Of a stretch of DNA of 64,000 nt, positions 37,072 through 48,071 are shown piece after piece. The notes under the pieces were generated by a model, which saw nothing but the letters and a program-made list of their open reading frames with translations, was not told where the DNA came from and did no database searches. This DNA comes from Asterias rubens (taxonomy: Eukaryota), in NCBI RefSeq assembly GCF_902459465.1, contig NC_047079.1, positions 10,168,001 through 10,232,000 on the forward strand, read 5' to 3'. The stretch's first letter is position 1, and each line of letters begins with the position of its first letter. The position numbers were made by a program, and so were the translations under genes.

Positions 37072-37115
37072 GTCTCCTGACGATGCTTAGAGCAAGCTAG
37101 TCGATACCTTGAGAC
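37072..37115 (+). ncRNA. Degenerate minimal hammerhead motif
   Basis: gtctc CTGACGA t gcttag agcaag ctagtc GATA cctt gagac; stem I perfect, core GAAA mutated to GATA. Confidence 0.5.
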
Positions 37116-37545
37116 CAATTCAGAACTGACTCCGCGGCAGTACAGTTAATTACAATGTACAATCCTATAAGCTAAAGTAGTAGTCCAGTCTATTTTCTAT
37201 ACCATCCGCCCTGGTAATAGTTAAAAAGCAGGACAGTTCTTTTCAGTACTGAGAAGTCTCCCAAACCTCCGATTATCTTCTCCGCGGCAGTAGAATAAAG
37301 CAAGACAGTTCTCTAAAAACAAATCTACCTGGCAAGTAGATACACACCTGGTGTTACCGCAAACCAAATATACAATAAAAAAGGATTTAAAAAAAATTAC
37401 AAATCTGATTTTGTAAGGATAATTCTTCCTGGGTGGGCATGACCGCTCCAGTATTGCGGTGATATATAGGACACGCCACTGCCTTTGGCAATGAAATGAA
37501 ACCACTGAGCCAACCTGCGATGCCCAAACGGATTGATGAACTTAC

Positions 37546-37632
37546 CGTTCACAGTTGTCTCCTACGTGACCCACCGGGCAGTTGTCACATGTTGCATAGC
37601 CTTCGTTATTCAGGTAACAGGTTGAGGAGAAT
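37546..37632 (-). CDS. HSPG2: Exon 24: laminin-EGF
   Basis: FSSTCYLNNEGYATCDNCPVGHVGDNCE; phase 2-2. Confidence 0.92.
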
Positions 37633-37691
37633 CTGAGAACAGAAAATAAATAAATACCATCTTAGTGCTTTGAACTGTAAGTCTTTGTTAA

Positions 37692-38060
37692 AGGGAAGGT
37701 ACACGTTTTGTAGTTACTCAAAACGAATATTAACTTAAAAACTGACTTGGTAACGAGCATTGGAGAGCTGTTGATAGTATAAAACATTGTGGGAAATGAC
37801 TCCCTCTGAAGTAACTTAGTTTTTGAGAAAGAGGTATTTTCTCACTAAAATAACAAAAGACTTCTAGCTAGAAGTCTTTTCTTCTTATCTGACAGCACAC
37901 AAATTCGTCCAACAAGGGTGTTTTTTCTTTCATCATTTCCTCGCAACTTCGATGACCAATTGAGCCCAAATTTTCACAGGCTTGTTATTTTGTGGTTATG
38001 ATGGGATACACCAAGTGAGAAGACTGGTCTTTGACAAATTACCAAACGTGTACCTTCCCT
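37692..38060. mobile_element. TTAA-flanked MITE, family A body with different TIR (subfamily B)
   Basis: Perfect 17-bp TIR AGGGAAGGTACACGTTT, TTAA on both sides, interior homologous to family A. Confidence 0.82.
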
Positions 38061-38957
38061 TTAAAAACTCAATTGTTTGAAGCTACTTATTTGTAATCTG
38101 CTTATGTAATTGTATCTTTCACTCATTGTGCATTGTATTGTTCTCTTTATGCGCTTAGAGGTTTTTCTGTTTTACGCTTTACAAATGTCTTTAGTCTTAT
38201 TGTTATTAGTATTAGTACGAGGACATTGTAATTCAATTACGCAGAACTATGATGCCTCGAGGTGTCCCTGGGGAAGATCCAGTCCTCCCAATTTACGAGA
38301 ATTACTCAGTCTTCACTTCAAAACTTTAATCAAAGTTATCAAACCCAACTCTTTGTGTTCTTTACTTTATTTATTTTTCAACTTAGAGAAATTTTCAAAG
38401 CAATCAGCTAGCAAAAGACGACAAATCATGGAGCTTGAATATGGTGCGCCTGTCATGTGGTGAAGGGGTAAAAAAAGACACTAGCATGGCACGCATGTCA
38501 CAGGGCGCTGTGGGTAGGACAGCAGAGGGCGCTGTTGTGTGTGTGTAATCCTAAGCAATTTGCCTGCCAGCACACAGATTTAAATGCAAATCTGGTATTC
38601 ACTCTACGGATATGTAGAGCAGGGATGAGAGTCATTACTAACCAAAAAGTCTGAAACTTGGATACAAATTCAAAGGTATGTTGAAATGATGGCATTTCTA
38701 CTGTTTTGTATTCCCCTGGAGTTATAGATTCCAAGGAGCTTTTGGAAAAAGTATCCAAAGCACTAGAGAAGTAGACCAATGAGCAGGATTTCTTTATTTG
38801 TGGAAAAAAATATAGTCTGATTTTTCACCAGGCCGACATAAAAAGTCTGAATTCAGCCAAAAGTCTGAACAATCTCATCCCTGGTAGTAGGGCTGACTGG
38901 AAGGCGGTGTCAAACATACATACAACGAAAAAGGATCTATTGAGAAAAGAGACTTAC

Positions 38958-39085
38958 TGGTTGGGTGCTGCCGTTAGCGGACATGGGCATGGCTTGCAGT
39001 CGTCACGCGTACCAATTAATGCGTTGCCATAGAAACCAGGTAAACATTGGTCACATCGGTCACCATAGGTATTGTGTTGACATGC
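38958..39085 (-). CDS. HSPG2: Exon 23: laminin-EGF
   Basis: [42 protein letters not shown]. Confidence 0.93.
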
Positions 39086-39487
39086 CTGGCAAAAAATCAA
39101 ATTAAATATATTACAATTTCATGACCTGATTTTTTGAAATTAAAAAAAATATTTCGTTCTGTGAACAAACTTTGATAGGTGATGCTGTTTTAAAAGGAAC
39201 ATATAATATACTTTTGCATTACAAATGTGAATGCATTGTTGCAAACTACAAATTACATACATGGCAAAATAAAGGATGACATGTGACAACTGTTCCACTA
39301 ATCACAAGGATCAACGTATGAGTTACATAAAACTAGGTTTTGATGAAAATGATATTAAATCAATAGTAGGGTTATACATGTACTTTACCTTGGGTCCTAC
39401 TGTTTGAAAGCATGTTTAGCAGGAAAAAGACAAATTAATTTGAGAAATGTTAATTCATTTAAAAAGTCAACAGAGTAGGAAGTTTAA

Positions 39488-39586
39488 AGACACTGGACAC
39501 TATTAGTAATTGTCAAAGACTAGCCTTCTGATTTGGTGTATCTCAACATATGCATAAAAGTAACAAACCTGCAGTGTCTACTGCCT
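39488..39586. mobile_element. Internally deleted 99-bp family A MITE
   Basis: TTAA|AGACACTGGACAC ... GTGTCTACTGCCT|TTAA. Confidence 0.75.
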
Positions 39587-39758
39587 TTAAAGGTTTTATA
39601 CAGGATTGGTACGGACAAAAAAAATCAATGTTTAATTTTAGTGTGAAAGCTTACTCATTATGAAAATCATACTACAACCATGTTTTATGTGAACTTGAAA
39701 CTTTTTGCTGCCGCTATGGTCCCAAAAGAATTCCATCCCGTCGCAATTTTCTACTCAC

Positions 39759-39872
39759 CCTACAAGCCCCCGTTTCTGGATCACAGTCCGTGGCGTGACG
39801 ATTACACTGGCATTGCTCGCACACACCGAGGTAAAGGCCGCCCCCACTGCGGGTGAAGCCAACATCGCAATC
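39759..39872 (-). CDS. HSPG2: Exon 22: laminin-EGF
   Basis: DCDVGFTRSGGGLYLGVCEQCQCNRHATDCDPETGACR. Confidence 0.93.
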
Positions 39873-40130
39873 CTGCATAAACAAGAAATCATCTTTCATT
39901 TTCACAAACAGTAGAACACTTCATCAGTAAACAGGAGAGTTTTCAAGAGAGTAAAAACTGTTCTCCAGCAAAATTTCTGAAGAGCTCACCAAAATTTCTG
40001 ATGAAAAAAAAATTTGCAAGCAAAGTTTCACTGTAGGGAGAATGCCAGTTAGTGTAAATAATTTAGAATTAGAAAAGCAACAAAAAATTTAAAATACAAA
40101 AATGTACATAAATATTTTTTTTTTACAAAA

Positions 40131-40520
40131 TTCTAAAGATAATTTTGGGTCCAGAATGACCACAGCTTTGTAAAAAGAACCCTGACATCCCTATGTGAAG
40201 AGTAATATGTTGTGGGGTAAGAACTTGGGTAAATTATATAGACCACCCTTAATTATTTTTTCAAAACAAAATATAATTTGTTACAAAGTTCTAGAGATAA
40301 ATTTGGGTCCAGAATGAGCTTTGTAGAAAGAACCCTCACATCCCTATTTGAAGAGTAATTTGATGTGGAGGTAAGAACATTAGTAAATTATACATTACAC
40401 CCTTATTTTGTGAAAACAAAATACGATTTTTTTAACAAAGTTCCAGAGATAAATTTGGGTCCAGAATCCCGACATCCCTTAGTGAAGAGTAATTTGGCGT
40501 GGAGGTAAGAACTTGGGTAA
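40131..40520. repeat. Tandem repeat, ~155-bp unit x2.5, abutting the exon 21 donor
   Basis: ttc(t/c)a(g/a)agataa(a/t)tttgggtccagaat ... acatccct ... gaagagtaat ... ggtaagaac repeated three times. Confidence 0.85.
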
Positions 40521-40525
40521 CGCAC

Positions 40526-40637
40526 CTCACATGAAAGCCCAGTGTACCCCACGGGGCATATGCACTGTTCGACGGCATACGCTCTCTCTCTACCAGTGTT
40601 CCTCGGCTCAGCAATGTCAAGGGTCACATCCTTAATC
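40526..40637 (-). CDS. HSPG2: Exon 21: LamB 2 end / LE
   Basis: IKDVTLDIAEPRNTGRERAYAVEQCICPVGYTGLSCE. Confidence 0.93.
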
Positions 40638-40939
40638 CTGCGAAAGTGAAAAGTAGCCGATTAATCCTTTCGTCTAGTTCCCTTTTTGGAATATTAATGA
40701 ATACTTACCCTCACTGCTTAAGTTGCCAGTCTACTTTTGATTCTAGTTTCTGTTTGCGTTCTACTGGGGCGTGTTTTGGCGACCCTGATCACAAATTTAT
40801 TTTATAAATTTATTTTGTTTTTTTACGAGCTTCTGCTCATCAAAACGACCCCATACTCTATGTATTACATTTATGTTTACTTTTACTTAATGATGTTTTA
40901 GTTAAATTAATTTTAATTTTGTTTTTTATTGTTTTTTTT

Positions 40940-41190
40940 ACCCATACACCGATGTGTGTTAGCACTGTATACTCAGTGCTTTCCTGAGTCTTGTGAGCAA
41001 AATACCACAGGTAAGTTGGTAAGACACTGCTCTAGAATTGCAGGGGTCATGGGTTCGAATCCTTCCGAGTAACATGCCTGTGAATTTTTTTACAGGACTC
41101 AGGAAAGTACTGAGTATACAGTGCTAACACACATCTGTGTATCTTATGGGTAAACAAAACAAAAAAATTAATATTCTTTATCTCGATGCA
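40940..41190. mobile_element. Repeat family H (cccatacaccgatgtgtgttagcactgtatactcagtactttcc), inverted arrangement with a central tRNA-like B-box
   Basis: Two inverted halves around GGGTTCGAATCC; single arms at ~18925-19060, 24960-25040, 36400-36560, 52770-52890, 55430-55600. Confidence 0.65.
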
Positions 41191-41305
41191 AATTTAACGT
41201 CTATGATATTTTAGTTGTCAATATTTTTTATGGAAGTATGGAAATAAATGTGTCTTTGAATTGAATTGAATTGAATTCAAACATTGAGGGCGCAATATAA
41301 CTTAC

Positions 41306-41424
41306 ACAGCGTAGGTGGTTGGATAACTATACACGGCTCTGATTAGAATCAGATCAAGGTCGGCCAACATCATCATCAGGAACTCTCTGGTCAGGGGTTG
41401 ATCGTCCAATCTCGTCCAGTAAGT
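41306..41424 (-). CDS. HSPG2: Exon 20: LamB 2 part d
   Basis: TYWTRLDDQPLTREFLMMMLADLDLILIRAVYSYPTTYA. Confidence 0.92.
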
Positions 41425-41838
41425 CTGCAAAAAAAAACCCCAGTAAAACACACATTTATTTGCAGAGTTGCAAATATTTGTATCAACAATAATAATAATC
41501 ACCAATCACCAATAATAATAATAACTGGCATTTATAAAGTAGTTTTTCAAGCCATTGCAAAGCGCTATGATGTGTCTAACGCAGATCAATAATCTAAAAT
41601 AAAAAGATGGGGAGATTTGCAAATTTGTTCATCAGAACAAAAGGAAAGATTGGTTCAATTTCAAGACGAGGGAGAGTTGGTTGCTCTGTTATAAGAAAAG
41701 AAAAGAAATTATAATATTATTTCCACAGGTAAACATGATGTGCCCATCGAAACGTTCCACTATAAAAAAAAATTACAATTTCCTCATAGATTTCTTTTTT
41801 AGCATATAAGTTTGAAAGCAAGTATTTGTGAAACGTAC

Positions 41839-41922
41839 CTCGATGATTGGAACAGAATAAGTCTTGTAGCTGCTGGCAATTGGTCTCTCTTGATGAACAA
41901 TCTTACCTGTGATTCCATTACC
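41839..41922 (-). CDS. HSPG2: Exon 19: LamB 2 part c
   Basis: GNGITGKIVHQERPIASSYKTYSVPIIE. Confidence 0.88.
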
Positions 41923-42500
41923 CTGTTGGCAGGCAGAACAAAAAGTATATTAACATAAAAATAATAATAAGGTTATCTATTAAAAAAACAAACAAATTGA
42001 TAAGGGAACAAAGTTCCTGACATGTTCGAAACAGTAAAATAGAGGAAATGGAGGTGGGCAGAACACATGAGGTTTAGAACAGATAACTTGGCAATCAAAC
42101 ACTGGATGCCATATGAAAACAAACAACAAAGAGGGCACCTGAGGAAAAGATGCATAAATAGGGGAGAGTCAGTTGGTACAAAATATAGACATTTGGAGGC
42201 ATCCTCCTGAAGGCTCGACATGACTTGAGTTCCCAGAAGCGCCGGGTTGCGATAACAGTGTTCTGGAAATGTTAGTCTTTCTGCACGGTTTTTGTCTTTA
42301 AGCCTGGGGAACCCGAGACCGAGATCTGAGGTTGTATATGTGTTCATCCCTCCCGACACCAAGCACCTGGCATAGCATTCTGGGGTAGCAACCACCAACC
42401 AAGTCAAACACTGTGCATAGAATGTATATGGAATGATCGGTCAACTCACTGAAAAAAAAAATTGCAACCTCGTGAGAGGTTTAGTAACAAAAACACTTAC

Positions 42501-42596
42501 AATCAGCAGGATATCCGGTTCCTGGTTGGTGAAAGTTGCTCCAGCGCCGTGTTGGTAAGTAATAGTGTACCGAAGATTACCACCATACGAAGACAC
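42501..42596 (-). CDS. HSPG2: Exon 18: LamB 2 part b
   Basis: VSSYGGNLRYTITYQHGAGATFTNQEPDILLI. Confidence 0.92.
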
Positions 42597-43123
42597 CTGC
42601 ACATACATTCAATGAAACCTATTAATGTATTGTACAAATATTGGGTCAAACTGATTGGGTAAATTCTAAGAAATTCTGGCTTGAACAAAGAAAAAGGGAC
42701 ATGATCGGGATTTGAACCTGCTCTATAAACTGAGATATCTCATCCTATAGTCGTCCATCATTTCAATCATTTCGGGAGTAAGATCCTTCGAGCACATTTT
42801 TACTCCCAAAACGGCGGACAAGGATGCGTGTTACTGCGCTGCGCATTGTGCAAGGGTAGAATGCTATTATATATTTGGTTTGCAGTAACACCATGTATGT
42901 ATCCACTTGCCAGGTTTGTTCTTTAGAGAACTGTCTTGCTATATAGTCTCCTACCGCAGAGGAGATTTATCGGATTGTTCGGGAGACTTCGCGGCTCTGA
43001 AAAGAACTGTCCTGCTTTTGAATTACTATACCTGGGCGGGAGGTATAGAAAACTGGCTGGGACTACTACTTAAGCTAATAGGATCGTAATTTACTGCACT
43101 ACCACAGAGTGAGTTCTTAAATT

Positions 43124-43157
43124 GGTCTTAACGTTTCGACTAGTCATCGTCAGGGGG
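43124..43157 (-). ncRNA. Degenerate minimal hammerhead motif (stem II collapsed)
   Basis: CTGACGA t GACTAGTC GAAA cgtt aagacc. Confidence 0.45.
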
Positions 43158-43188
43158 CCTATATTGGGTAGAATGCTTAGTTACTTAC

Positions 43189-43371
43189 TTTGTCACCAGT
43201 GAAGGTTTCAGGTAGGCTCCAGTAATAAGTCTGTGGTTCGAAGGATCGGAAGTTACTGAAGGTGAGCTCTCTTGAGAGAGGGCTGACGGCCAGTCCCTGG
43301 TCGATGACTGTGGTCCCTAGGCTATCAGACAGGACGAAACCTTGGTTGTTCTGGGTGAACACGGCTGAAAC
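43189..43371 (-). CDS. HSPG2: Exon 17: LamB 2 part a
   Basis: VSAVFTQNNQGFVLSD...FEPQTYYWSLPETFTGDK. Confidence 0.92.
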
Positions 43372-43517
43372 CTGACAACAAAAATGGGATCAAGAACCCT
43401 GTCAATTACTGACAAAAAAAGGACATTAGCTAGATTGCACACTCTGCTGATCAGAAACACCAGAGTTTGAATCAAGTGCCCTTAACCGCTCTGCCATGAC
43501 ATCTTATCCGTCCCTAC

Positions 43518-43658
43518 CTGTGATCTGTACTGGGTGGTGCTGGAACAGTCTCGGGTGACGCCCATGCAGAAGCAAGATACACACCCATCGGGCGTGTTGC
43601 TGTTAAGATGGAATGTGAACGGCTGACAACGGTCGCATTCCTCGCCATGTACATTGTC
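43518..43658 (-). CDS. HSPG2: Exon 16: laminin-EGF
   Basis: DNVHGEECDRCQPFTFHLNSNTPDGCVSCFCMGVTRDCSSTTQYRSQ. Confidence 0.93.
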
Positions 43659-44106
43659 CTGCAGGAATGGAATCAGAACTAAAGTTTAGTTGATGCTGTG
43701 GATATTACTCTGTATCCACAGCTGATAAGCCCGGTTCATACTTCCTGCGAATGCGATACAAATTTTGACGTCACAAGATCGCAACAAGAAAATTCGCGCC
43801 AGTTAACTTGTGTTCAACTCCTGCGAAACATTCGCGGCGAAAACAGGGCTGTGATTTCAAAATTCACTTCGCATTCGCAATTGGGATTAAGAGATTTGAC
43901 ATTAGGATGCAGACGCACTCTCTTTAACAAGTTCATCAGCTAAAAAAGTTTAGTGGATATTTGTGGATGTGTGTGGATACACTTTTTCAATCTGTGGATA
44001 CTGAATTTTTTCTTGGGAAATAGGCAGATCGCTCTTATCAATTGGATTTAAAGTAGCATTAAGGCTGATAGGGAACTAGACGAAAGTTCTAAGGGTCAGT
44101 GTTTAC

Positions 44107-44311
44107 CTTGCAGGCACACTCTGCACCAACCAGCTCCACTGTTCCATCCGAGTTGCAATTTTTGTCGTCCGGCACACAAGAGCTTCCGAAGTTCATCGGG
44201 TCTCCAGTATACGTTGGTGCGCACGTCTGGCACTGTCTACCATCGTACCCTTGAGGGCAGGCGTCGCAGGTGACCAAGCCATCATTGTCAAGGTAGCAAG
44301 TAGGGGAAAAT
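44107..44311 (-). CDS. HSPG2: Exon 15: laminin-EGF
   Basis: FSPTCYLDNDGLVTCDACPQGYDGRQCQTCAPTYTGDPMNFGSSCVPDDKNCNSDGTVELVGAECACK. Confidence 0.93.
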
Positions 44312-44611
44312 CTGGGCGGAAAATTTTAAAGGTTATTTCAAAGACCTTGATGTTCCTACTCGTCAGTTAGGTATTTTTCTCAAAAAATTATTCGTTTGTA
44401 GGAATACTGAAATCCCATCATTTCATAGTGAACGAAAACACAAGTGGAACATACGTGCAGACGTGCGCCTTAGAATATAAGTAAATTTCCTTGTTTTTGT
44501 GATAAAGAAAACAACTTATTACAGGAAGGGTCATACAGATTGTTTTTTTTTGTCAGTGTAAGGGTAATTGATAGATAAAAACACAAAAGATACACAGAGC
44601 TTTAGACTTAC

Positions 44612-44847
44612 TGGTTTGGGTCGATTGTGAGTGGGCAGGGGCAAGGCATGCACGGGATGGACGATAACGGATCACCAAAGTAACCCTCAGCGCACTGGTC
44701 ACATCTGTTGCCCGCTGTGTTGGCACGGCAGTTCAGGCAGGCGCCCGTCTCTGCGTCACACTGGACGGAGTAACCATTACACTCACACGGCTGGCAGGAA
44801 CCGAGGTAACGGTTGTCACGGACGCGGTAGTAACCCGAGTCACAATA
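44612..44847 (-). CDS. HSPG2: Exon 14: laminin-EGF
   Basis: YCDSGYYRVRDNRYLGSCQPCECNGYSVQCDAETGACLNCRANTAGNRCDQCAEGYFGDPLSSIPCMPCPCPLTIDPN. Confidence 0.93.
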
Positions 44848-45146
44848 CTAGTAGGAAAAAAAAAAACAGTGGAAATTGAGTCATTGTGAAGTTTTGACGT
44901 TTGTACTTTGGATATTTTCAGGAAACTCTACGAACAATTTTTGTGTGAAAATGTTTTACTCACTTCTCAAAAACTACAGCACCTCAGCAAGTAATATTTT
45001 AAGGTAAGGTTTCTATCATTATTATCTTTAAATCGTGTACTTGTAAGTTTAATGTAAATATGTGGACAGTTGAGTTTTGTGTCCTACAAAAAGTACCCTT
45101 ACCCTTTAGAGAAAACCTCATCCCTCGACATTTTAAATCTACATAC

Positions 45147-45258
45147 CTCACAAGATTGACCTGTGTAACCCAGAGGACACTCACACTTCTCCAACGAGAA
45201 GGCTTCGTCTCTCCCGTTGTTCTCTGCTTGAGCGCCATCAAGGTAAACATTGGAAAGA
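45147..45258 (-). CDS. HSPG2: Exon 13: LamB 1 end / LE
   Basis: LSNVYLDGAQAENNGRDEAFSLEKCECPLGYTGQSCE. Confidence 0.92.
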
Positions 45259-45820
45259 CTAAAAGAGGGGACAAATTGTTTCAAATGTTAATCAAAAATG
45301 AAAATTGCATCCCTTAAAGGAACACTTTGCCTTGGACCAGTCTAGTTGGTCTTTGAGCAAGATTGTTACCGTTTGTTATAAAATGCATATGGGTAGAAAG
45401 ATGTTGTAAAAGTAGAATACAATGATCCACACAAACATGCCTCGAAATTGAACAGTTTTACTTTTACCTCGTCGACTAACACGGTCGGCCATTTTGGGAG
45501 TCAAATTTAAAAAAAAAAAAACAATAAAAAAACACACAGATATTTACAAAATAGGGAGATTGCCAATAAACATGTACGGTTAGATAGCACAGGTAGTAGA
45601 GTGCCAGCACATTCATCTTGAGGTCGCGGGTTGAAATGCTACTCTATTCACTTTTTTATGTTTAACCCTAAATAATTTCTCAATGAAAATATCATGCTGA
45701 ACAAACCTATGAGATTTCATTCCAATTGTGGCTCTTCTTTTTTAACACACTCCAAAAATGCGTTTTATTAGGCCTTTAAAGATTCAGGTCCTAGTTTTAC
45801 TCTAAATTTACTCTAGCCCG

Positions 45821-45970
45821 CTGAAGGTGTTATGGCACTATATAAATACAGTTCTTTTATATTTTACTCTAGCCAGCTTTGTCATAATACCTTGTGTCCC
45901 GAGTGTTAGTGTTATACCAAGCTCTGATCAGGAATTTCTGGACGTTTTGAAGCGCCATCATTATTTCAAG
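45821..45970 (-). pseudogene. Duplicated 3' half of exon 12 plus donor and proximal intron (pseudo-exon)
   Basis: 45891-45970 reads LEIMMALQNVQKFLIRAWYNTNTRDT versus MEVMMVLQNVEKFLIRASYNTNTRET; identical ag|gtattatgacaaagc donor. Confidence 0.85.
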
Positions 45971-46105
45971 CTACCACCGTCTCACATTTCAAGACTACCT
46001 TATTTTCTTTGTGTTCTCCTAAGCGCTTACAGACTTTCCTCTGAAGGTGTTAGGCACTAAATACAGTTCTTTTTTATTTTACTCTAGCCCGCTTTGTCAT
46101 AATAC

Positions 46106-46233
46106 CTTGTCTCCCGAGTGTTGGTGTTATACGAAGCTCTGATCAGGAACTTCTCGACGTTTTGAAGCACCATCATTACTTCCATTCTTGTTGCTGGAGT
46201 CATTTGACTTCCTTCCTCTCTGATCCAACCATC
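46106..46233 (-). CDS. HSPG2: Exon 12: LamB 1 part c
   Basis: DGWIREEGSQMTPATRMEVMMVLQNVEKFLIRASYNTNTRET; phase 0-2. Confidence 0.9.
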
Positions 46234-46841
46234 CTAAACACAACATTTATTCAAAATTTTCAATAGAAAAACATCATTTTTAATATTCTTTTATTTACAA
46301 GCATGATATTTGGTCCTTGTAGTGAAAAGGAGGAACACATTGTTGAGCACAAGAGCTGACATACATGTTTTAACATGAGGTAAGTTTAAGTAGACCTCAG
46401 GCTATTTAAAGACAGTTTTTTTCTGATTTTTACAATGGCAGACAAATCAGAAATCAGACCAAGGAAGAAGGACATTTTGTCTGGATTTAATTGGGTTTTT
46501 TTTCTTTCGGGCACACAAAAAGGCTTCCTTGTGCGCAAATCCCAAAGGATTAACTAGCTCCTAGCACTTCTTATCAGCTTTCCATAAATTTCAAGACCAA
46601 ACTTTGAAATGTGAGCATAGCTGATTTAAACAAAAAAGTACTGACATTTCGACCCACACTCAGTCTTTCTCAAAGGAATTAAAGATTCTGCTATAGTCGA
46701 TACGTCAGGCTATTAGCTATTTTTATACATTTATACCATACATGTATAACATGTATAGATCCTTTTCGTTGGTAGCATGCAGTTCGAACAGCTAATTCAA
46801 TTTTTATTAGAAACACACTTTCTTTTTTAAAGATTTATCAC

Positions 46842-47027
46842 CTCGACAATTTTGACGCTGACTTCGTTGAATCGTGATTCTTCCATGCTCCGTCCGACTA
46901 CATAATTCAATCTCATCCCATTACCCTCTAGGATGACATCAGGGGTCAGGTCCGCCGCGATTGGTCGGCCACCGGATTCAGCGTTGAACCGAACGCGATA
47001 TTGCAATTCACCTCCATAGCTGGTCAG
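46842..47027 (-). CDS. HSPG2: Exon 11: LamB 1 part b
   Basis: LTSYGGELQYRVRFNAESGG...PDVILEGNGMRLNY...VSVKIVE. Confidence 0.93.
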
Positions 47028-47414
47028 CTGCAGAGAGAGACCAATATATATTGATAATAAATTTATTTCAGTGGACAGAAATTGTTTTATTTGGGGTGAG
47101 AAAGCACGGGGAATTGATAATATTGTGACTCGTTTCTCCTTATTCAAATAACCAATGCATGATCCCAACCTTCAAAACAATGTTGGCTTTGTTTGGTTTA
47201 AGGGTTTTAATCATAACTTATTTAAGAGATGTTAAATTTGCATCGGGGATAAAGAATATTAAAATTTAACCAAAATTAATATAACTTATTTATTTATCGT
47301 ATTATTTGTTTTAATTTTCATTATTTTTTTATTTTTTTAATTTTTTATTTTTTTTTGGGGGGGAGCTATTTAGAAGTAACTACAAATACACCCACCCCTA
47401 GAAACAAGAAATAT

Positions 47415-47652
47415 GTCAACGTGGTCAAGTGGTTGGACTGCAGGACTTGCAATCACAAGGTTGTGGGTTCGAATCCTACCAAGCTAACCGCTGGTTTCAC
47501 AATGACTAGAATAAGTATTGTCGCCTAGTTTCAGAATCACAATTTCTTGATTTATGTAAGAACCAACTGTTCTTTTGAGAGCCAACACTTCTCAAATGAG
47601 ATTTGCACACGGGTGCTACGCCAAACTCCATCTAAACAAACAAACAAACAAA
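47415..47652 (+). mobile_element. tRNA-derived SINE, family 2
   Basis: TGGTCAAGTGG ... GGTTCGAATCC ... atctaaacaaacaaacaaac. Confidence 0.75.
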
Positions 47653-47657
47653 TGTAC

Positions 47658-47861
47658 CCTATTTCCTAGCAGGGCATCAGGTAGCACCCAGTAGTACTCT
47701 CCGTTCGGTAGTCTGCGGTTCATATCCAACACAGTGACTTCATCTGTGCTGGGGTTGACCTGAACGAGGCTCTCGTCCACAGTGGTGATCGAACCGTCCA
47801 AACGAGACCGGGATCCGAGAAGAGTTCCTTGCGTATCGTCGTTTGAATAGATAAGTCCCAA
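47658..47861 (-). CDS. HSPG2: Exon 10: LamB 1 part a
   Basis: LGLIYSNDD...NRRLPNGEYYWVLPDALLGNR; phase 0-0. Confidence 0.9.
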
Positions 47862-48071
47862 CTACAAAAACAAAATTCAAAGAAGAAAACAAATTCTTTG
47901 ACTTTCTCTGAATAAAGGCACTGGACACTATTAGTGGTTACTCAAAATAATGTTGATCATAAAAACTTACTTGAGAACTGTTGGTAGTATAAAACATTGT
48001 GATTTCTTTCAATTTAACTCGATTTGATCTGGTTAACTAATGAATTATTATTTGTCTTTTTGTATAATCAA

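Noticed and set aside
41973-42407. 144-aa minus ORF
   Set aside because: Not a perlecan domain; the HIYNLRS-like motif in a neighbouring frame suggests a decayed LINE 3' end, too weak to call.
2961-47652. tRNA-like A/B boxes
   Set aside because: No cloverleaf or acceptor stem; they continue into SINE bodies, so they are not tRNA genes.
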